From: an uncultured Desulfobacter sp.
Lineage (GTDB): Bacteria > Desulfobacterota > Desulfobacteria > Desulfobacterales > Desulfobacteraceae
Direction of reading: 5' to 3'
NCBI GenBank assembly: GCA_963665095.1
Contig: OY762069.1
Coordinates: 3,872,001-3,936,000 of the forward strand
DNA: 64,000 nucleotides
Shown: one piece after another, positions 9,821 through 20,867 of the stretch
How the letters are laid out: every line of letters starts with the position of its first letter
Position numbering within the stretch: position 1 is the first letter of the stretch
Program-made: the position numbers and the translations under genes
Notes under the pieces: generated by a model
What the model was told of the DNA's origin: nothing
Seen by the model: the letters and a program-made list of their open reading frames with translations, nothing else
Databases searched by the model: none

Positions 9821-11130
9821 CAGTAGTGTCCGGTTAGGTTTTTGCTTGCTCAGTAATTTTTTGATCTTTGACAATATTGTCTCTGTTTGAACCGTGAAAA
9901 GCATCATTGTTGCTCTCAATCAGATCATTCAAGATGGCTGTTCGTAACTGCCGAACCCTTTTAATAGTAACCTTTTCATTAAACTCGTTTCGACAGTAGA
10001 TTGCAAGCAACAGATACGTGATGAGGCCGCTAAGGATTTGCACCATAAGGCCATATTCGCTGCGGGCAATGAGGTGGTAAACTTTCAGGTGTCCTTTCCA
10101 CCATTTGAAAAAATCTTCAATGGTCCACCGGAGCTTATATATGGTTGCTATTTGCTCTGCCGTTAAATCATGCCTGTCAGTTGCTACATAGTATTTCACG
10201 CCGGCAATTTTATAGCCAACAACCCGGACGGGAGTTTTTGTCTGGTTCAGGTTCGGAGTGCCAAGGAAGACCAGAGCATCATAGAAAATGTAGCTGCCAT
10301 AGTTGACCTCGTGAGTCTCAATTACCGTTCTGGTTGTTTTGGCTTTTATACGGCAAACAAAATGCTTGCCTTGTGCCTGTAGCAAGTCAAAATCGTGATG
10401 TGATTGATAGCCACGGTCCATAACACCTGTTTGCCCCTCGGTAAGTATCTTTGGGACAAAAGGGCGCTCCCCGCCGTTGCCTTCTGTCAGGAATATTTTG
10501 TTTGGAATGCCGTGATTTATGTCAAATCCGCAATGCGCTTTGGCTTTTTTACTTCCTTTCCTGTAGTTTGCCCAATGCATTGAAAGGACGGCATTTATAA
10601 GGCTGCCGTCAATGGAAACCAGATCGCCCAACTCGGCATGCTCCTTTGGCAGGCACCCAACAGCCTGTTTATAAAGATCTTCGAAGACAAATTGCAGTTG
10701 TTCAAGCCCTCGGTGGTTGACTGCTTCACAAAAGCTGCTGCGGCTGATACCGCCTTCCGGAGCAATATGTTCTTTGGCAAAAATATTTTCCTTGAGATCT
10801 TGGACTAAATGCCGGGCTGATTTGTGTTCCTGCAGATGAAAATAAATCAGGGCATTTATCTGGTCTTCGAATGTCATTTTTAAAGGTCGGTCTCCTCGAG
10901 ATTGCAATTCTGGTGCTTGTGGAAGCGACCTTATCAGAGGGTTACGGAACTTGTCAAAATTCAGGGACGATATTATGGCTTTGGTAATTGAAATGCGCGT
11001 CATTTGGGCTCCTTGATAAAATTTTTCAAGGCGCGCAAAAATTTTTACGCACATTTGTCAACATAAAAATGACGTTTTTTGAATAATTTTAGATATTTTT
11101 TATATGCAACAACCTAACCGGACACTACTG
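9821..11130 (-). mobile_element. IS4-family insertion sequence, complete
   Basis: Perfect 20-bp terminal inverted repeats CAGTAGTGTCCGGTTAGGTT. 9-bp target duplication ATTCAAACA at 9812-9820 and 11131-11139. Confidence 0.95.
9834..11003 (-). CDS. IS4-family DDE transposase
   Basis: IDGS, MDRGY and YKLRWTIEDFFK (YREK signature). Start uncertain (11003 or 11054). Confidence 0.92.
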   Translation of the reverse strand: MTRISITKAIISSLNFDKFRNPLIRSLPQAPELQSRGDRPLKMTFEDQINALIYFHLQEHKSARHLVQDLKENIFAKEHIAPEGGISRSSFCEAVNHRGLEQLQFVFEDLYKQAVGCLPKEHAELGDLVSIDGSLINAVLSMHWANYRKGSKKAKAHCGFDINHGIPNKIFLTEGNGGERPFVPKILTEGQTGVMDRGYQSHHDFDLLQAQGKHFVCRIKAKTTRTVIETHEVNYGSYIFYDALVFLGTPNLNQTKTPVRVVGYKIAGVKYYVATDRHDLTAEQIATIYKLRWTIEDFFKWWKGHLKVYHLIARSEYGLMVQILSGLITYLLLAIYCRNEFNEKVTIKRVRQLRTAILNDLIESNNDAFHGSNRDNIVKDQKITEQAKT

Positions 11131-11318
11131 ATTCAAACATAAATTTTTCATTTTCTGATCTCCCTTTTTCTCTGATAACGCTTTATATTCTGAAGGAAAT
11201 CAGGATTACCTATACAACTCCGGCTGCCCATTGCATCTATCAATTGGCAATCCATGTGATAGACGGTCTATTTATAAAATTTTTGTATATGAATTTTTTA
11301 ACTTAAAGGGTAACCGGT

Positions 11319-12458
11319 ATGAAACAGGCACTTTTCAATAAACTGCAACAGGTCTCGGACGAAAATCTTATTAATATTGAGGCCCACAAGACCAAGGGTA
11401 ATTCCGCCATCGGGTTTTACTGCCTCTATGGTCCCACGGAACTTGCCATTGCCGCCGATGCCATTCCCCTGCCGCTGTGCGGCACCAGAAACGACCCCAT
11501 TGAAGCAGCTGAAAACGACCTGCCCCGCAACCTGTGCCCCCTGATCAAAAGCAGTTACGGCTTTGCAGTCACAGATACCTGTCCTTTCTTCAGGGTATCG
11601 GACCTGATTGTGGCAGACACCACCTGTGACGGCAAAAAAAAGATGTTTGAAATCATGAACCAGATCAAACCGGTCCATGTGCTTCAGCTGCCGCAGCAGC
11701 AGGATGTGGAGTTATTTTTAGGGCCCTGGATTGACCAGCTTGAAAAGTTGAAACAGGTCATTGAAGCCGCCACAAAAACCACGATCACCGATGAAAAACT
11801 GTCAGATGCCATTGACCTGATGAACCGGGAGCGGGCCGCAAGGAAACGGCTCATGGATGTCACAAAAGCCAACCCCTCTCCCATCACCGGAATGGAGCTT
11901 CTGGAAATTTTATTCAAAAGCGGTTTTTTTGCAGACAAGGAGCAGGGCATTGCCCTGATGGAGGAATTAGCCGGTGCATTTGAGCAGATGGCCCGTGACG
12001 GGGTCTGCGCATTTCCGGCAGGTTCTCCAAGAATTCTTCTCACCGGTGTGCCTGTGGGGCTTGGCTCCCATAAGGTAATTCAAATCATTGAGGAGTCCAA
12101 AGCCAATGTGGTGGCCCTGGAGAGCTGCAGCGGATACAAACAGGTGTTTGAAGTGGATAAAACCCTGCCGCCCATTGAAGCCCTGGCCCGCCAGTACCTG
12201 GCAGTTCCCTGCTCGGTCATGAGCCCGAATCCCGGCCGCATGGATCTGTTACGGCAGATGATCACTGATTTTAAAGTGGACGGGGTGGTGGATCTGACCT
12301 GGCAGGCCTGCCACACTTATAATGTGGAAGCCTTTCAGGTTCAAAAACTGGTCAGCGATGAGATGGGCCTGCCCTGCCTTCACATTGAAACCGACTACTC
12401 GCTGTCAGATACGGAACAGCTGCGGGTCAGGATTCAGGCTTTCATTGAGATGATATGA
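11319..12458 (+). CDS. 2-hydroxyacyl-CoA dehydratase family protein, probable double-cubane [8Fe-9S] cluster reductase type
   Basis: Cys motifs GFYC, LCG, NLCPLIKSSYG, TCPFF, TTCDGKKKM, ESCSG, PCSVMSPN and ACHTY. C-terminal ETDYS...QLRVRIQAFIEM. Confidence 0.8.
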   Translation: MKQALFNKLQQVSDENLINIEAHKTKGNSAIGFYCLYGPTELAIAADAIPLPLCGTRNDPIEAAENDLPRNLCPLIKSSYGFAVTDTCPFFRVSDLIVADTTCDGKKKMFEIMNQIKPVHVLQLPQQQDVELFLGPWIDQLEKLKQVIEAATKTTITDEKLSDAIDLMNRERAARKRLMDVTKANPSPITGMELLEILFKSGFFADKEQGIALMEELAGAFEQMARDGVCAFPAGSPRILLTGVPVGLGSHKVIQIIEESKANVVALESCSGYKQVFEVDKTLPPIEALARQYLAVPCSVMSPNPGRMDLLRQMITDFKVDGVVDLTWQACHTYNVEAFQVQKLVSDEMGLPCLHIETDYSLSDTEQLRVRIQAFIEMI

Positions 12459-12548
12459 CCTTCAGGAATCACCGGTCACAATACAGGGTCTTCCCGTAAC
12501 ACCCGCCTTTCATCCTCATGGAAAGGCCCTGTTCTAAAGCATAAAAAA

Positions 12549-12584
12549 AGGTTTCTGGCCGGCATGCCTGCCCGCCAGAAACCT
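12549..12584 (-). terminator. Intrinsic terminator hairpin between convergent genes
   Basis: AGGTTTCTGGC...GCCAGAAACCT stem preceded by an A-run (U-tract on the minus strand). Confidence 0.7.
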
Positions 12585-12609
12585 GCGATAATTCCAAAGG
12601 TTATCCACC

Positions 12610-13341
12610 CTATAAAATCTGTTTAAGAAACAGTTTCGTCCGGTTATGGGAAGGATTGGTATAAAACTCTTCAGGGGTACCTTCCTCAATAATCTGCCCC
12701 TGGTCCATGAAGATCACCCGGTCTGCCACTTCCCGGGCAAACCCCATTTCATGGGTAACACAGACCATGGTCATGCCTTCCTTGGCAAGGGTTTTCATGA
12801 CATCAAGCACCTCGCCGATCATCTCCGGGTCCAGCGCTGAGGTGGGTTCGTCAAAGAGCATGATCTTGGGGTCCATGGCAAGGGCACGGGCAATGGCCAC
12901 CCGCTGCTGCTGCCCCCCGGAGAGGTTGGCGGGCCAGGCATGGGCCTTTTCGGCAATGCCCACTTTTTCCAGCAGCGCCATGGCTTTTTCCTCCCGCTCC
13001 CTTTTCCCTCTTTTTCGCACCAGCTTCTGGGCCAGGGTGACGTTGCCCAGGATGGTCTGGTGGGGAAACAGGTTAAAGGACTGAAACACCATGCCCATTT
13101 CCATGCGTACTTTATTGATATCGGTTTTGGGATCAAACAGATCCACCCCGTCCACCAGGACCTGGCCATGATCAGCCGTTTCAAGCCGGTTCAGACAGCG
13201 CAGAAATGTGGACTTCCCCGAACCTGAAGGACCGATCACCACCACCACTTCCCCTTCATTTATAAAATTGGACACATTGTCCAGGGCCTTGACTTCGTGG
13301 GGCACATGAAATGTTTTATAAAGATTTTTAATTTCAATCAT
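12610..13341 (-). CDS. Polar amino acid ABC transporter ATP-binding protein (GlnQ-like)
   Basis: [24 protein letters not shown] and [11 protein letters not shown]. Likely start at MIEIKNL, overlapping the permease stop. Confidence 0.93.
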   Translation of the reverse strand: MIEIKNLYKTFHVPHEVKALDNVSNFINEGEVVVVIGPSGSGKSTFLRCLNRLETADHGQVLVDGVDLFDPKTDINKVRMEMGMVFQSFNLFPHQTILGNVTLAQKLVRKRGKREREEKAMALLEKVGIAEKAHAWPANLSGGQQQRVAIARALAMDPKIMLFDEPTSALDPEMIGEVLDVMKTLAKEGMTMVCVTHEMGFAREVADRVIFMDQGQIIEEGTPEEFYTNPSHNRTKLFLKQIL

Positions 13342-14354
13342 TTTGCAGCTGTCCTCCTTTCCAGATACTGTACAAACATGGACAGCGTAAATGTCATGGT
13401 CAGGTAGAGCACAGCACACAGAAACCACAGTTCAAAGGTCTGCAGACTGGTGGTAATACCCTCCCTGGTGGCTTTGGTCAGCTCAGTGACTGAAATCATT
13501 CCCAAAAGGGAAGAGTCCTTGATCAGGTTGATAAACTGGCCTGCCAGCGGCGGCAGGATGGTTTTCAGTGCCTGGGGCAGGATAATGTGAAACATGGTCT
13601 GGAAATAGGTCATGCCCTGGGATCTTGCCGCTTCGATCTGGCCGGGATGGATGGCCTCAATACCGGCTCGCACGATCTCCACCACATAGGCGCCGGTGAA
13701 CACGGACAAAGCCATGATGCCGTACCATTCCGGATGAATTATGGGCAGGCCGTGTGAGCTTAAAATACCGTTGATGGTGGTGCCCAGAACAAAATAAAAA
13801 ATCATGATCTGAACCAGCAGCGGTGATCCGCGCACAATTTCCACATAGGTAATGGCAGTCCACTTGAGTACCGGGGTATTTGACACCCTGGCCACACCGC
13901 CGATGATGCCTAAGATAATACCCAGAATAGTGGATATAAAAGAAATTTTAAGTGTGATCCACAGCCCTTTCAGCAAAATACCCGGTTTCCAGCTGTCCTG
14001 GTATTCTGCGATAATGTCGCCCGGGGATACCATATCCCCTTCGTCCCAGGAGATGGATCCTTTGGGTACCATATAGGTTGAAGTTTTACCGTTTTCTTCC
14101 ACCACCAGCTCAACTTTATCGCCTTTAGCGGTGATGGATTGAATTTCACCGTCATCTTCAGCATAGATGGTCACGGCCGGTTTATATACAAAATACTGGG
14201 GCACCTTGAACCAGCGCCACTGGTATTTTACAGCCACGGTGGCACCGTATACGGCGCCAATGACCAGGGCTATCAGAACGATGAATCCGACAACAGACAT
14301 GAAATAGGCAGTGGGATTGCTCAGTCGTTGGATATTGGATGTATTTTTTTCCAT
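13338..14354 (-). CDS. Polar amino acid ABC transporter permease
   Basis: [16 protein letters not shown] loop ([11 protein letters not shown]) and LIKDSSL. Confidence 0.92.
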   Translation of the reverse strand: MEKNTSNIQRLSNPTAYFMSVVGFIVLIALVIGAVYGATVAVKYQWRWFKVPQYFVYKPAVTIYAEDDGEIQSITAKGDKVELVVEENGKTSTYMVPKGSISWDEGDMVSPGDIIAEYQDSWKPGILLKGLWITLKISFISTILGIILGIIGGVARVSNTPVLKWTAITYVEIVRGSPLLVQIMIFYFVLGTTINGILSSHGLPIIHPEWYGIMALSVFTGAYVVEIVRAGIEAIHPGQIEAARSQGMTYFQTMFHIILPQALKTILPPLAGQFINLIKDSSLLGMISVTELTKATREGITTSLQTFELWFLCAVLYLTMTFTLSMFVQYLERRTAAK

Positions 14355-14378
14355 TGAATCTTACGCCTTAATAAAACA

Positions 14379-14402
14379 GCCGGCAGTTATGCAACTGCCG
14401 GC
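14379..14402 (-). terminator. Hairpin between substrate-binding gene and permease (terminator or mRNA stabiliser)
   Basis: GCCGGCAGTT-ATGC-AACTGCCGGC with A/T tracts on both sides. Confidence 0.6.
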
Positions 14403-14433
14403 ATTTTTTAACTTTCAAGTCCTGCAAAAGGGT

Positions 14434-15255
14434 CTATTTTGCCAGGTCTTTCTGCCAGTCATTGGATTTGATCCATTTGTTGTAGGATTTTTCCCATCTG
14501 CCGTCATTCTTGTACTGACGGATGAAGTTATTCAGAAAGTTGATAAAATCAGGGTCACCTTTTTTCAGACCGATTGCCAGGGGCTCAAAGGTAAAAGGCT
14601 GGTTCAGGGCGTAAGTTTTGCCCTCGCCGTGGGCTGCCTGGAAGAACTCAATCAGGGGAAGATCGTAAACCGTTGCATCGGCATTGCCCTGGATAACTTC
14701 CATGCAGGCTTCGGATTCCACTTCAAAGGATTTGTATTTTGCCTTGGGAATGTATTGTTTTACTGCTTTTTCACCGGTGGTGCCCAGTTTTGAGCATACA
14801 GTGTACTGGGGATCATTCAGATCTTTGTAAGATTTAATTTTGCCTGCGTGCTTTTTGTTAACCAGAATAGCCTGACCCACAACAATGTAGGGATCTGAAA
14901 AGCAGATGGCCAGGTTTCTTTCCTGGGTAACGGTCATGCCGCCGATAATAACGTCAATTTTATCGGTGATCAGGGCGGGGATAATGCCGTCCCATGCGGT
15001 ATTGACCGGCTCAAACTTAACGCCCATGGCCTTTGCCAGGTGTTTGGCCATGTCAATGTCAAATCCCATGTAATTACCCTTGGTGTTGGTCATTTCAAAG
15101 GGCAGGTAACCGGATTCAAAACCCACACGAATTTTTCCGGCTTTAAGGATGGATTCAATGGTGGATTTCTTAGCCAGTTCAATGTCAGCACTGAATGCTG
15201 GTGTGGATACCAGAGCGAACACGGCGACAAGCATGCACACGATAATTCTTTTCAT
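14434..15255 (-). CDS. Amino acid ABC transporter substrate-binding protein (family 3)
   Basis: Signal peptide. Motifs PFEM, GFDID, WDGIIPAL, MTVTQER and GTTG. Confidence 0.92.
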   Translation of the reverse strand: MKRIIVCMLVAVFALVSTPAFSADIELAKKSTIESILKAGKIRVGFESGYLPFEMTNTKGNYMGFDIDMAKHLAKAMGVKFEPVNTAWDGIIPALITDKIDVIIGGMTVTQERNLAICFSDPYIVVGQAILVNKKHAGKIKSYKDLNDPQYTVCSKLGTTGEKAVKQYIPKAKYKSFEVESEACMEVIQGNADATVYDLPLIEFFQAAHGEGKTYALNQPFTFEPLAIGLKKGDPDFINFLNNFIRQYKNDGRWEKSYNKWIKSNDWQKDLAK

Positions 15256-15536
15256 TCCTTTTTCTCCTTAAATTTTTTGTGTCCGGCACTGCTTTGTGCA
15301 TTCCTACCCTGCCCAAGCAGGCTGCCGTAACATTAGTTAAACGCCACTTATCCGTTAAATTAAATCAATTCTTAGCATAATATTTTTAAATGGCAAACAC
15401 TATTTGTTCTTTTAAAGCAGGATGTTTTTTTTCCACAGGTTTGCCCTTTAGATGATTTCAGGCTAAAACCGTTCTATATTTTGCAGACATTAGCGTAAGA
15501 ACTCTTACACAAGACCACAATAAAACAGGAACCAAT

Positions 15537-16292
15537 GTGACCATGAAGATCCTATTAACAAATGATGACGGATACCAGGCCCCGGGGATCCGGGCCCTTT
15601 TCGATGCATTGAAATCCGACCATGACGTGACGCTGGCCGCCCCGGACAGGGAGAAAAGTGCTGTGGGTCACGGCATCACCCTGAATACCCCCTTGAAACA
15701 CCAGAAAGTACGCCTGGGCCATAATGATTTTGTCCATGCCGTGGCCGGGAACCCGGCCGACTGTGTAAAACTGGCCCTGTTTGATATTTGCAGCGACACA
15801 CCTGATCTGGTGCTTTCAGGAATCAATGCCGGCTCCAACACCGGGGTGAACATCAACTACTCAGGCACCGTGGGCGCGGCCAGGGAGGCTGCCATTAACG
15901 GGCTGCCGGCCATTGCCGTATCCATCCAGCATGGAAACAACATGGACTTTCAAGGTGTGGCCGCCTATACCGCCTCCATCCTGGAAAAGGCCCTTGCCCT
16001 GAATCTGCCCCCGGGGGTTTTCCTGAACATCAATGCCCCGGCCATTCCCTTTGACCGGATGACCGGCACAAAGGTAACTTCCCAGGCAGACAACAATCTG
16101 ACCAATATGTTTGACCGCCGACAGGATCCCAGGGACCGCTCTTACTACTGGTACGCCGGCATGGAGCCGGTGGTTCCCTGCAAGGACTCAGATAACGGTG
16201 CGCTGCTTGAAAACTGCATCTCCATCACGCCCTTGCAGTGCGACATGACCGCCCGCGGGGTCATGGGCATGATCGCTGAAGCGGGGTTTTAA
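15537..16292 (+). CDS. surE: 5'/3'-nucleotidase SurE
   Basis: ILLTNDDG, GNPADCV and SGINAGSNTG...YSGTVGAARE. Confidence 0.95.
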   Translation: MTMKILLTNDDGYQAPGIRALFDALKSDHDVTLAAPDREKSAVGHGITLNTPLKHQKVRLGHNDFVHAVAGNPADCVKLALFDICSDTPDLVLSGINAGSNTGVNINYSGTVGAAREAAINGLPAIAVSIQHGNNMDFQGVAAYTASILEKALALNLPPGVFLNINAPAIPFDRMTGTKVTSQADNNLTNMFDRRQDPRDRSYYWYAGMEPVVPCKDSDNGALLENCISITPLQCDMTARGVMGMIAEAGF

Positions 16293-16294
16293 TA

Positions 16295-17485
16295 ATGACT
16301 CCAGATAAAACGGCCATGACATCTGTACCGGCTGCTTCTGCCTTCCAGGCATCCAGGGTCTCCATGATTGCCTTTGCCCATTTTGTCCACGATCTTTACA
16401 CAAGCTTTCTGGCACCGCTTTTACCCCTGATCATTGAAAAGCTCTCTTTGACCCTGAGCCAGGCAGGTCTTTTGTCCACGGTGATGCAGATCCCGGCTCT
16501 GGCCAACCCGTTCATAGGGCTTTTTGCGGATAACAAAGGGCTTGCCCGGTGGCTGGTGATCCTGGCCCCGACCTTGACAGCCATCCCCATGAGTGTCATC
16601 GGCATTGCTTCCTCCTACGGTATGCTGCTGATCCTGGTCTTTATCGCAGGCATCTCCGTCTCTTTGTTCCACGTACCAGCCCCGGTAACAGTGGCAAGGT
16701 ATTCCGGGAAGTTCAAAGGCCGGGGCATGAGTTTTTTCATGACCGGCGGTGAACTGTCAAGGACCTTAGGTCCGCTGATTGCCGTGGCAGCCGTATCACT
16801 TCTCGGGCTTGGCCGGTTCCACTTTGTTCTGGTCCTGGCCCTGGCAACCTCAGTCCTCCTGTTTTTGAATCTGGAACCATCGGAAGAGCCGGTAAAGGCC
16901 AAGCGCCGGGGATCCCTGACCAGCGCTTATAAAGAGGTACGCCATGTACTCAATCCCCTGGCAGGCATCCTTTCGGCACGGGCGTTGATGCACGGATCCA
17001 TGGGCATGTTTCTGACAGTGTATGTGGAGCAGGCCACCGGATCTTTGTGGCTGGGCGGCACTGCATTGACCCTGTACGAGGCCATGGGTGTGGCAGGCAT
17101 TCTTTCCGCAGGCATCCTGTCCGACCGCCTGGGGCGTCAGCGGGTACTGTTCTGGGCCTTGATGGTGGGTCCGGCGGGCATTCTTCTATTTACTTTGACC
17201 TCCGGGGCGATCCAGGTACTGGGACTTCTGGCCGCAGGCTTTGCCGTATTGTCCACCACGCCTGTGATGCTGGCCCTGGTTCAGGAAAATGCAAATGAAA
17301 ACCCGGCTGCGGCCAACGGGCTTTTTATGATGATCTCCTTTGCAGTAAGGTCCCTGGCTGTTGTTGTGGCCGGGGCCATTGCAGATGCCTTCGGGCTAAA
17401 CATGATGTTCATTGTTGCGGCCCTGGCAGGGTTTACGGCCATCCCGTTTTTAATTAAACTTAAGGTGTCTGCCGGCACAGCGTAG
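16295..17485 (+). CDS. MFS transporter (Fsr-like)
   Basis: About 12 TM segments. HFVHD near the N-terminus, LFHVPA and GILSDRLGRQ MFS motif. Confidence 0.85.
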   Translation: MTPDKTAMTSVPAASAFQASRVSMIAFAHFVHDLYTSFLAPLLPLIIEKLSLTLSQAGLLSTVMQIPALANPFIGLFADNKGLARWLVILAPTLTAIPMSVIGIASSYGMLLILVFIAGISVSLFHVPAPVTVARYSGKFKGRGMSFFMTGGELSRTLGPLIAVAAVSLLGLGRFHFVLVLALATSVLLFLNLEPSEEPVKAKRRGSLTSAYKEVRHVLNPLAGILSARALMHGSMGMFLTVYVEQATGSLWLGGTALTLYEAMGVAGILSAGILSDRLGRQRVLFWALMVGPAGILLFTLTSGAIQVLGLLAAGFAVLSTTPVMLALVQENANENPAAANGLFMMISFAVRSLAVVVAGAIADAFGLNMMFIVAALAGFTAIPFLIKLKVSAGTA

Positions 17486-17539
17486 ATTTGAACGGCGGCA
17501 TCATTATAAGAAGGCATAGAATCATTCAAGGAGCAAACC

Positions 17540-18442
17540 ATGTTAAAAACCAATAAAGACAAAGTTGTTGAAATGTATCTGGCGTGCAAGCCCGGCATGC
17601 CCCGGGCCGGTGCCGGCTGGAAAGTGGACCATCAGGGCAATCCTTTTCTTTTGCCCGGCATTGGCGGCATCACCCTTAATGTTCAGGCGGGCGACCCGGC
17701 CTTTGGACTGGCCGGAGACCATATTGAACCGGGTGTGTCCTGCACGGCCAATATGGAAAAACCAAATGAGTTTCCCAACAATACCCTGCAACTCTTCTCC
17801 TGTGTGGGCAACGAGGCAAAAATCATCTCCGGGGATGCCCAGGGAGAGACGGGTGTGGTCATAGGCCACCACGGCGGGTCCGAACATGTGATTGTGGAGT
17901 TTCCCAGGCAGACCAAGGAAAAGATGAGCTACGAGGACAAAATCCTGATCCGGGCCAAGGGCCAGGGTCTGGCCCTGACCGATTACCCCAGGATCAAACT
18001 GTTCAACCTGGACCCGGACCTTCTGGAAAAAATGAACATCGTTGAAACCGGCGCAGGCGTTCTCCAGGTGCCGGTGACCACCATTGTACCGGCTCCCTGC
18101 ATGGGATCTGGTGTGGGACGGGCCCATGTGGGCGCAGGCGACTATGATGTCATGACCTCCGACCCTGAAACCGTTAAAAAGTACCACCTGGACAAAATCC
18201 GGTTCGGGGATTTTGTGGCCCTCATGGACCACGACAACTCCTATGGCAGGGCCTATGTGCAGGGTGCGGTCACCATCGGCATTGTGGTGCACTCCGACTG
18301 CCTGCTGGCCGGCCACGGTCCGGGCGTATCAACGCTTCTGACCTGCCCTACCCCGCAGATTGAGCCCAGAATCGACCCGAAAGCCAATATTGCCGACCTT
18401 CTGGGAATCGGCAGTGCGGCCCCGCTAACAGATGGCGATTAA
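17540..18442 (+). CDS. Conserved hypothetical protein (DUF4438-like)
   Basis: [22 protein letters not shown] and HSD...GHGPGV pattern recalled from DUF4438. Confidence 0.7.
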   Translation: MLKTNKDKVVEMYLACKPGMPRAGAGWKVDHQGNPFLLPGIGGITLNVQAGDPAFGLAGDHIEPGVSCTANMEKPNEFPNNTLQLFSCVGNEAKIISGDAQGETGVVIGHHGGSEHVIVEFPRQTKEKMSYEDKILIRAKGQGLALTDYPRIKLFNLDPDLLEKMNIVETGAGVLQVPVTTIVPAPCMGSGVGRAHVGAGDYDVMTSDPETVKKYHLDKIRFGDFVALMDHDNSYGRAYVQGAVTIGIVVHSDCLLAGHGPGVSTLLTCPTPQIEPRIDPKANIADLLGIGSAAPLTDGD

Positions 18443-19337
18443 GCCGGCACTTGGCATATACCTGGTCTGGAGTCTTTCAACCTTTGGACTCCAGACCCTG
18501 GGTCAATGCCTGCCGGCAAGATTCAGCGCCGGACTTGAGTATATTTTTATCCTGGGCCTGATCATCTGCCTGGCCTGGATAACGAGGATTTATCAACGGC
18601 AGATTGAACCGGTCATCGGCACAAACACCATGCGGCGCCTGTCATGGACAGGATCGCTGGTGCTGATTTTTGTCATTCTCTACCTGCTGGCCGGCCAAGC
18701 AGGCCTCAGGAACAACCTTATCACGGCCTTTTCCACAGCGACCCTGGTGCTGCTGGCCTGTGTGACAGGCCACTGGCTGGTCATCCCCCTCAAGCGCCCT
18801 GCTGAATTTATCCCCATTGGCATGGCCGTGGCCCTGTCTGACATATTCAGTGTGTTTTCAGGGCCCACAAAACATTTTGCGAAAAATATTTCTGATTACT
18901 ACCGGGACGGCATGGCCGGCCCTGCGCCCCTGGTGGATTTTTTCCTGGTTAAAATGCCCTTGCCCGGAAATGATTATTTTATGCCGGTGTTCGGCATCAC
19001 CGACTGGGTGGTGGTGGCCCTGCTGTCAGCCGGCGCGCTTCGATTCAGCCTGAGCGACAATGTATTCAGCCTTGTGGGGTCAAAAAAAACAAAAGCCGCC
19101 CCCCGGGTATTTTTCCCCGTGGCCGGCATCGGGCTTATCCTCTCCATTGTGGCGGCAAGATCCTTTAACCTGTACCTGCCGGCCCTCCCGTTTATTGCTG
19201 TTGTTTTCCTGACTGCCATGGCGGCAAAATATCCGGAAATCCGAAACCTGGGACGTGAAGAGCTGCGGGCCATGGCCATTGTTGGGACCCTGATGGTCAT
19301 GGCTATGGCCGTGTTTTACGTCATAAAGGCCCGATAA
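18432..19337 (+). CDS. Multi-pass membrane protein (weak resemblance to GxGD-type intramembrane proteases)
   Basis: Hydrophobic. Contains SDIFSVF, FGITD and LPALP. Confidence 0.6.
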   Translation: MAIKPALGIYLVWSLSTFGLQTLGQCLPARFSAGLEYIFILGLIICLAWITRIYQRQIEPVIGTNTMRRLSWTGSLVLIFVILYLLAGQAGLRNNLITAFSTATLVLLACVTGHWLVIPLKRPAEFIPIGMAVALSDIFSVFSGPTKHFAKNISDYYRDGMAGPAPLVDFFLVKMPLPGNDYFMPVFGITDWVVVALLSAGALRFSLSDNVFSLVGSKKTKAAPRVFFPVAGIGLILSIVAARSFNLYLPALPFIAVVFLTAMAAKYPEIRNLGREELRAMAIVGTLMVMAMAVFYVIKAR

Positions 19338-19350
19338 AAAGGGGAATAAC

Positions 19351-20061
19351 ATGAGAATCTGGGATCTTCATCCAGGATACCTGAACCGCCAGAGCCTATT
19401 AGGTGAGCACAGGGAACTTCACGGCATGGTATCCATCATCGTCAACGGCAAAAAAGGCTATTCCCGTCATCCTGAAACCCTGCGCTGGGCCGATTTCGGA
19501 TGGGCACTCTACAAGCGTCACCAGCTGCTGGCCGCAGAGATGCGCTTGAGGGGATACAATGATAAATCACCCGTGACAACCCGGGAAAACAGAAGTGAGT
19601 GGCCGGCCAAATATATTGATGAGCCCTTTGTTCAAATCCAGCTGCTCAAAGAAAAATACAAGGACAAGAACCCGGGACGCATCCCCCTGCCTTTAAACGC
19701 CCAGCAAATGTGGCGCCATCATAAATATTCCATTATGGCCAGGGACGTGTCACTGTACAAAAAGACAGGCGCAGATGTCGCCCTCATGGCCCCTGGGGAT
19801 GATTTCAGTGATCTGGCCCGCCTCCTTACGGAAAAACTCAGAATTTCGCCTTCACAGGGCGGGCTGAGAAATGCCCTCCAGCATATGTGGGGATATGTGT
19901 CAGACAAGTATGATGAATCCCGGCAGGATATGAATGACTGGCCCCTGGCAACCCTGCTTGGCCGCATTCAGGACCTGGGAGTCAGGCACCAGCAGCCCTA
20001 TCTGATGGAATCAACCGCCCTTAGTGAACTTGCTGTCTGGATAGAACTCCCGCGGCATTAA
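19351..20061 (+). CDS. Pyrimidine-dimer DNA glycosylase-like N-terminal domain plus DUF1722-like C-terminal domain
   Basis: MRIWDLHPGYLNRQSLLGEHRE and GYSRHPE. C-terminal HKYSIMAR and NALQHMWGY. Confidence 0.75.
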   Translation: MRIWDLHPGYLNRQSLLGEHRELHGMVSIIVNGKKGYSRHPETLRWADFGWALYKRHQLLAAEMRLRGYNDKSPVTTRENRSEWPAKYIDEPFVQIQLLKEKYKDKNPGRIPLPLNAQQMWRHHKYSIMARDVSLYKKTGADVALMAPGDDFSDLARLLTEKLRISPSQGGLRNALQHMWGYVSDKYDESRQDMNDWPLATLLGRIQDLGVRHQQPYLMESTALSELAVWIELPRH

Positions 20062-20376
20062 TGATACCTTAGCCCCTCTTTATCAAACCCGCATATATAG
20101 TTCTGACTCTTCTGCACACATCCTCCCATAAATTTCATGCCGGAAGGCAGGTTCAGGGCTTGTAACTTGCTTATTGTTTGATGCAGCTTGCCAATAAAAT
20201 TGATTATCACCGGATAAAAAAACATTTAAAAATAAGGGGTTCCCTGATAGACATACATTCAGGTCGATGATAGGACACTAATCGGGGGTTAATCTCCATT
20301 GTTTTGATTGTCTGCTTTTTATTTTAAGCAGAAACTGTTTCCGGGTTGAAAGTACGCGAACTGGTAAAATACGGAA

Positions 20377-20440
20377 TCTGCCTATTGGCCTATTCTGTAT
20401 ATCACCATATCCGCTCATTCTGCCTATTTCACTGTTAGCG
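20377..20440 (+). other. Candidate attI-like start of the cassette array
   Basis: GTTAGC at 20434 is complementary to the first cassette's R'' GCTAAC (20872-20877). No attC hairpin upstream. TCTGCCTATT direct repeats at 20377 and 20419. Confidence 0.45.
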
Positions 20441-20495
20441 TGTTAAAATCGACCATGGATATCATTAAACATACAATGGGAAAAAAGGAAATTTA

Positions 20496-20867
20496 TTGAC
20501 AATAGTTTTCATCATTCTTTGTGTTTCTGTATATATTTTGGAGGGAATACCAATTAACCCTTTTGCTTTTTGGAATATGGTCCCTCTTGTTCTTGGATAT
20601 ATAGTATTGAAGAGTAGCTTTAAAAGCAAAAGCTATGCCAATAAATTGGGGGGTATTGGATTCGCTACAGGTGCGACCATCATAGTCTTTTTTAGTCATT
20701 TCGCATGGTTTTTTGATTGGTGGGCAACTAAAACTGGTTCATCTACAGCTGGCCTTATATTTATTTTTATTCCGCTATACGCAATTGGCGGTAGTCTTGT
20801 TCTGGGATTAATAACATCACTAATTGGAGTGATATGCGATAAAACCATAAACGTAAAAAAGCTATGA
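20496..20867 (+). CDS. Cassette 1: small 4-TM membrane protein, unknown function
   Basis: AT-rich ORF between GTTAGC and GCTAAC. TTG start; an upstream ATG would be in frame with one more A in the A6 run. Confidence 0.7.
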   Translation: MTIVFIILCVSVYILEGIPINPFAFWNMVPLVLGYIVLKSSFKSKSYANKLGGIGFATGATIIVFFSHFAWFFDWWATKTGSSTAGLIFIFIPLYAIGGSLVLGLITSLIGVICDKTINVKKL

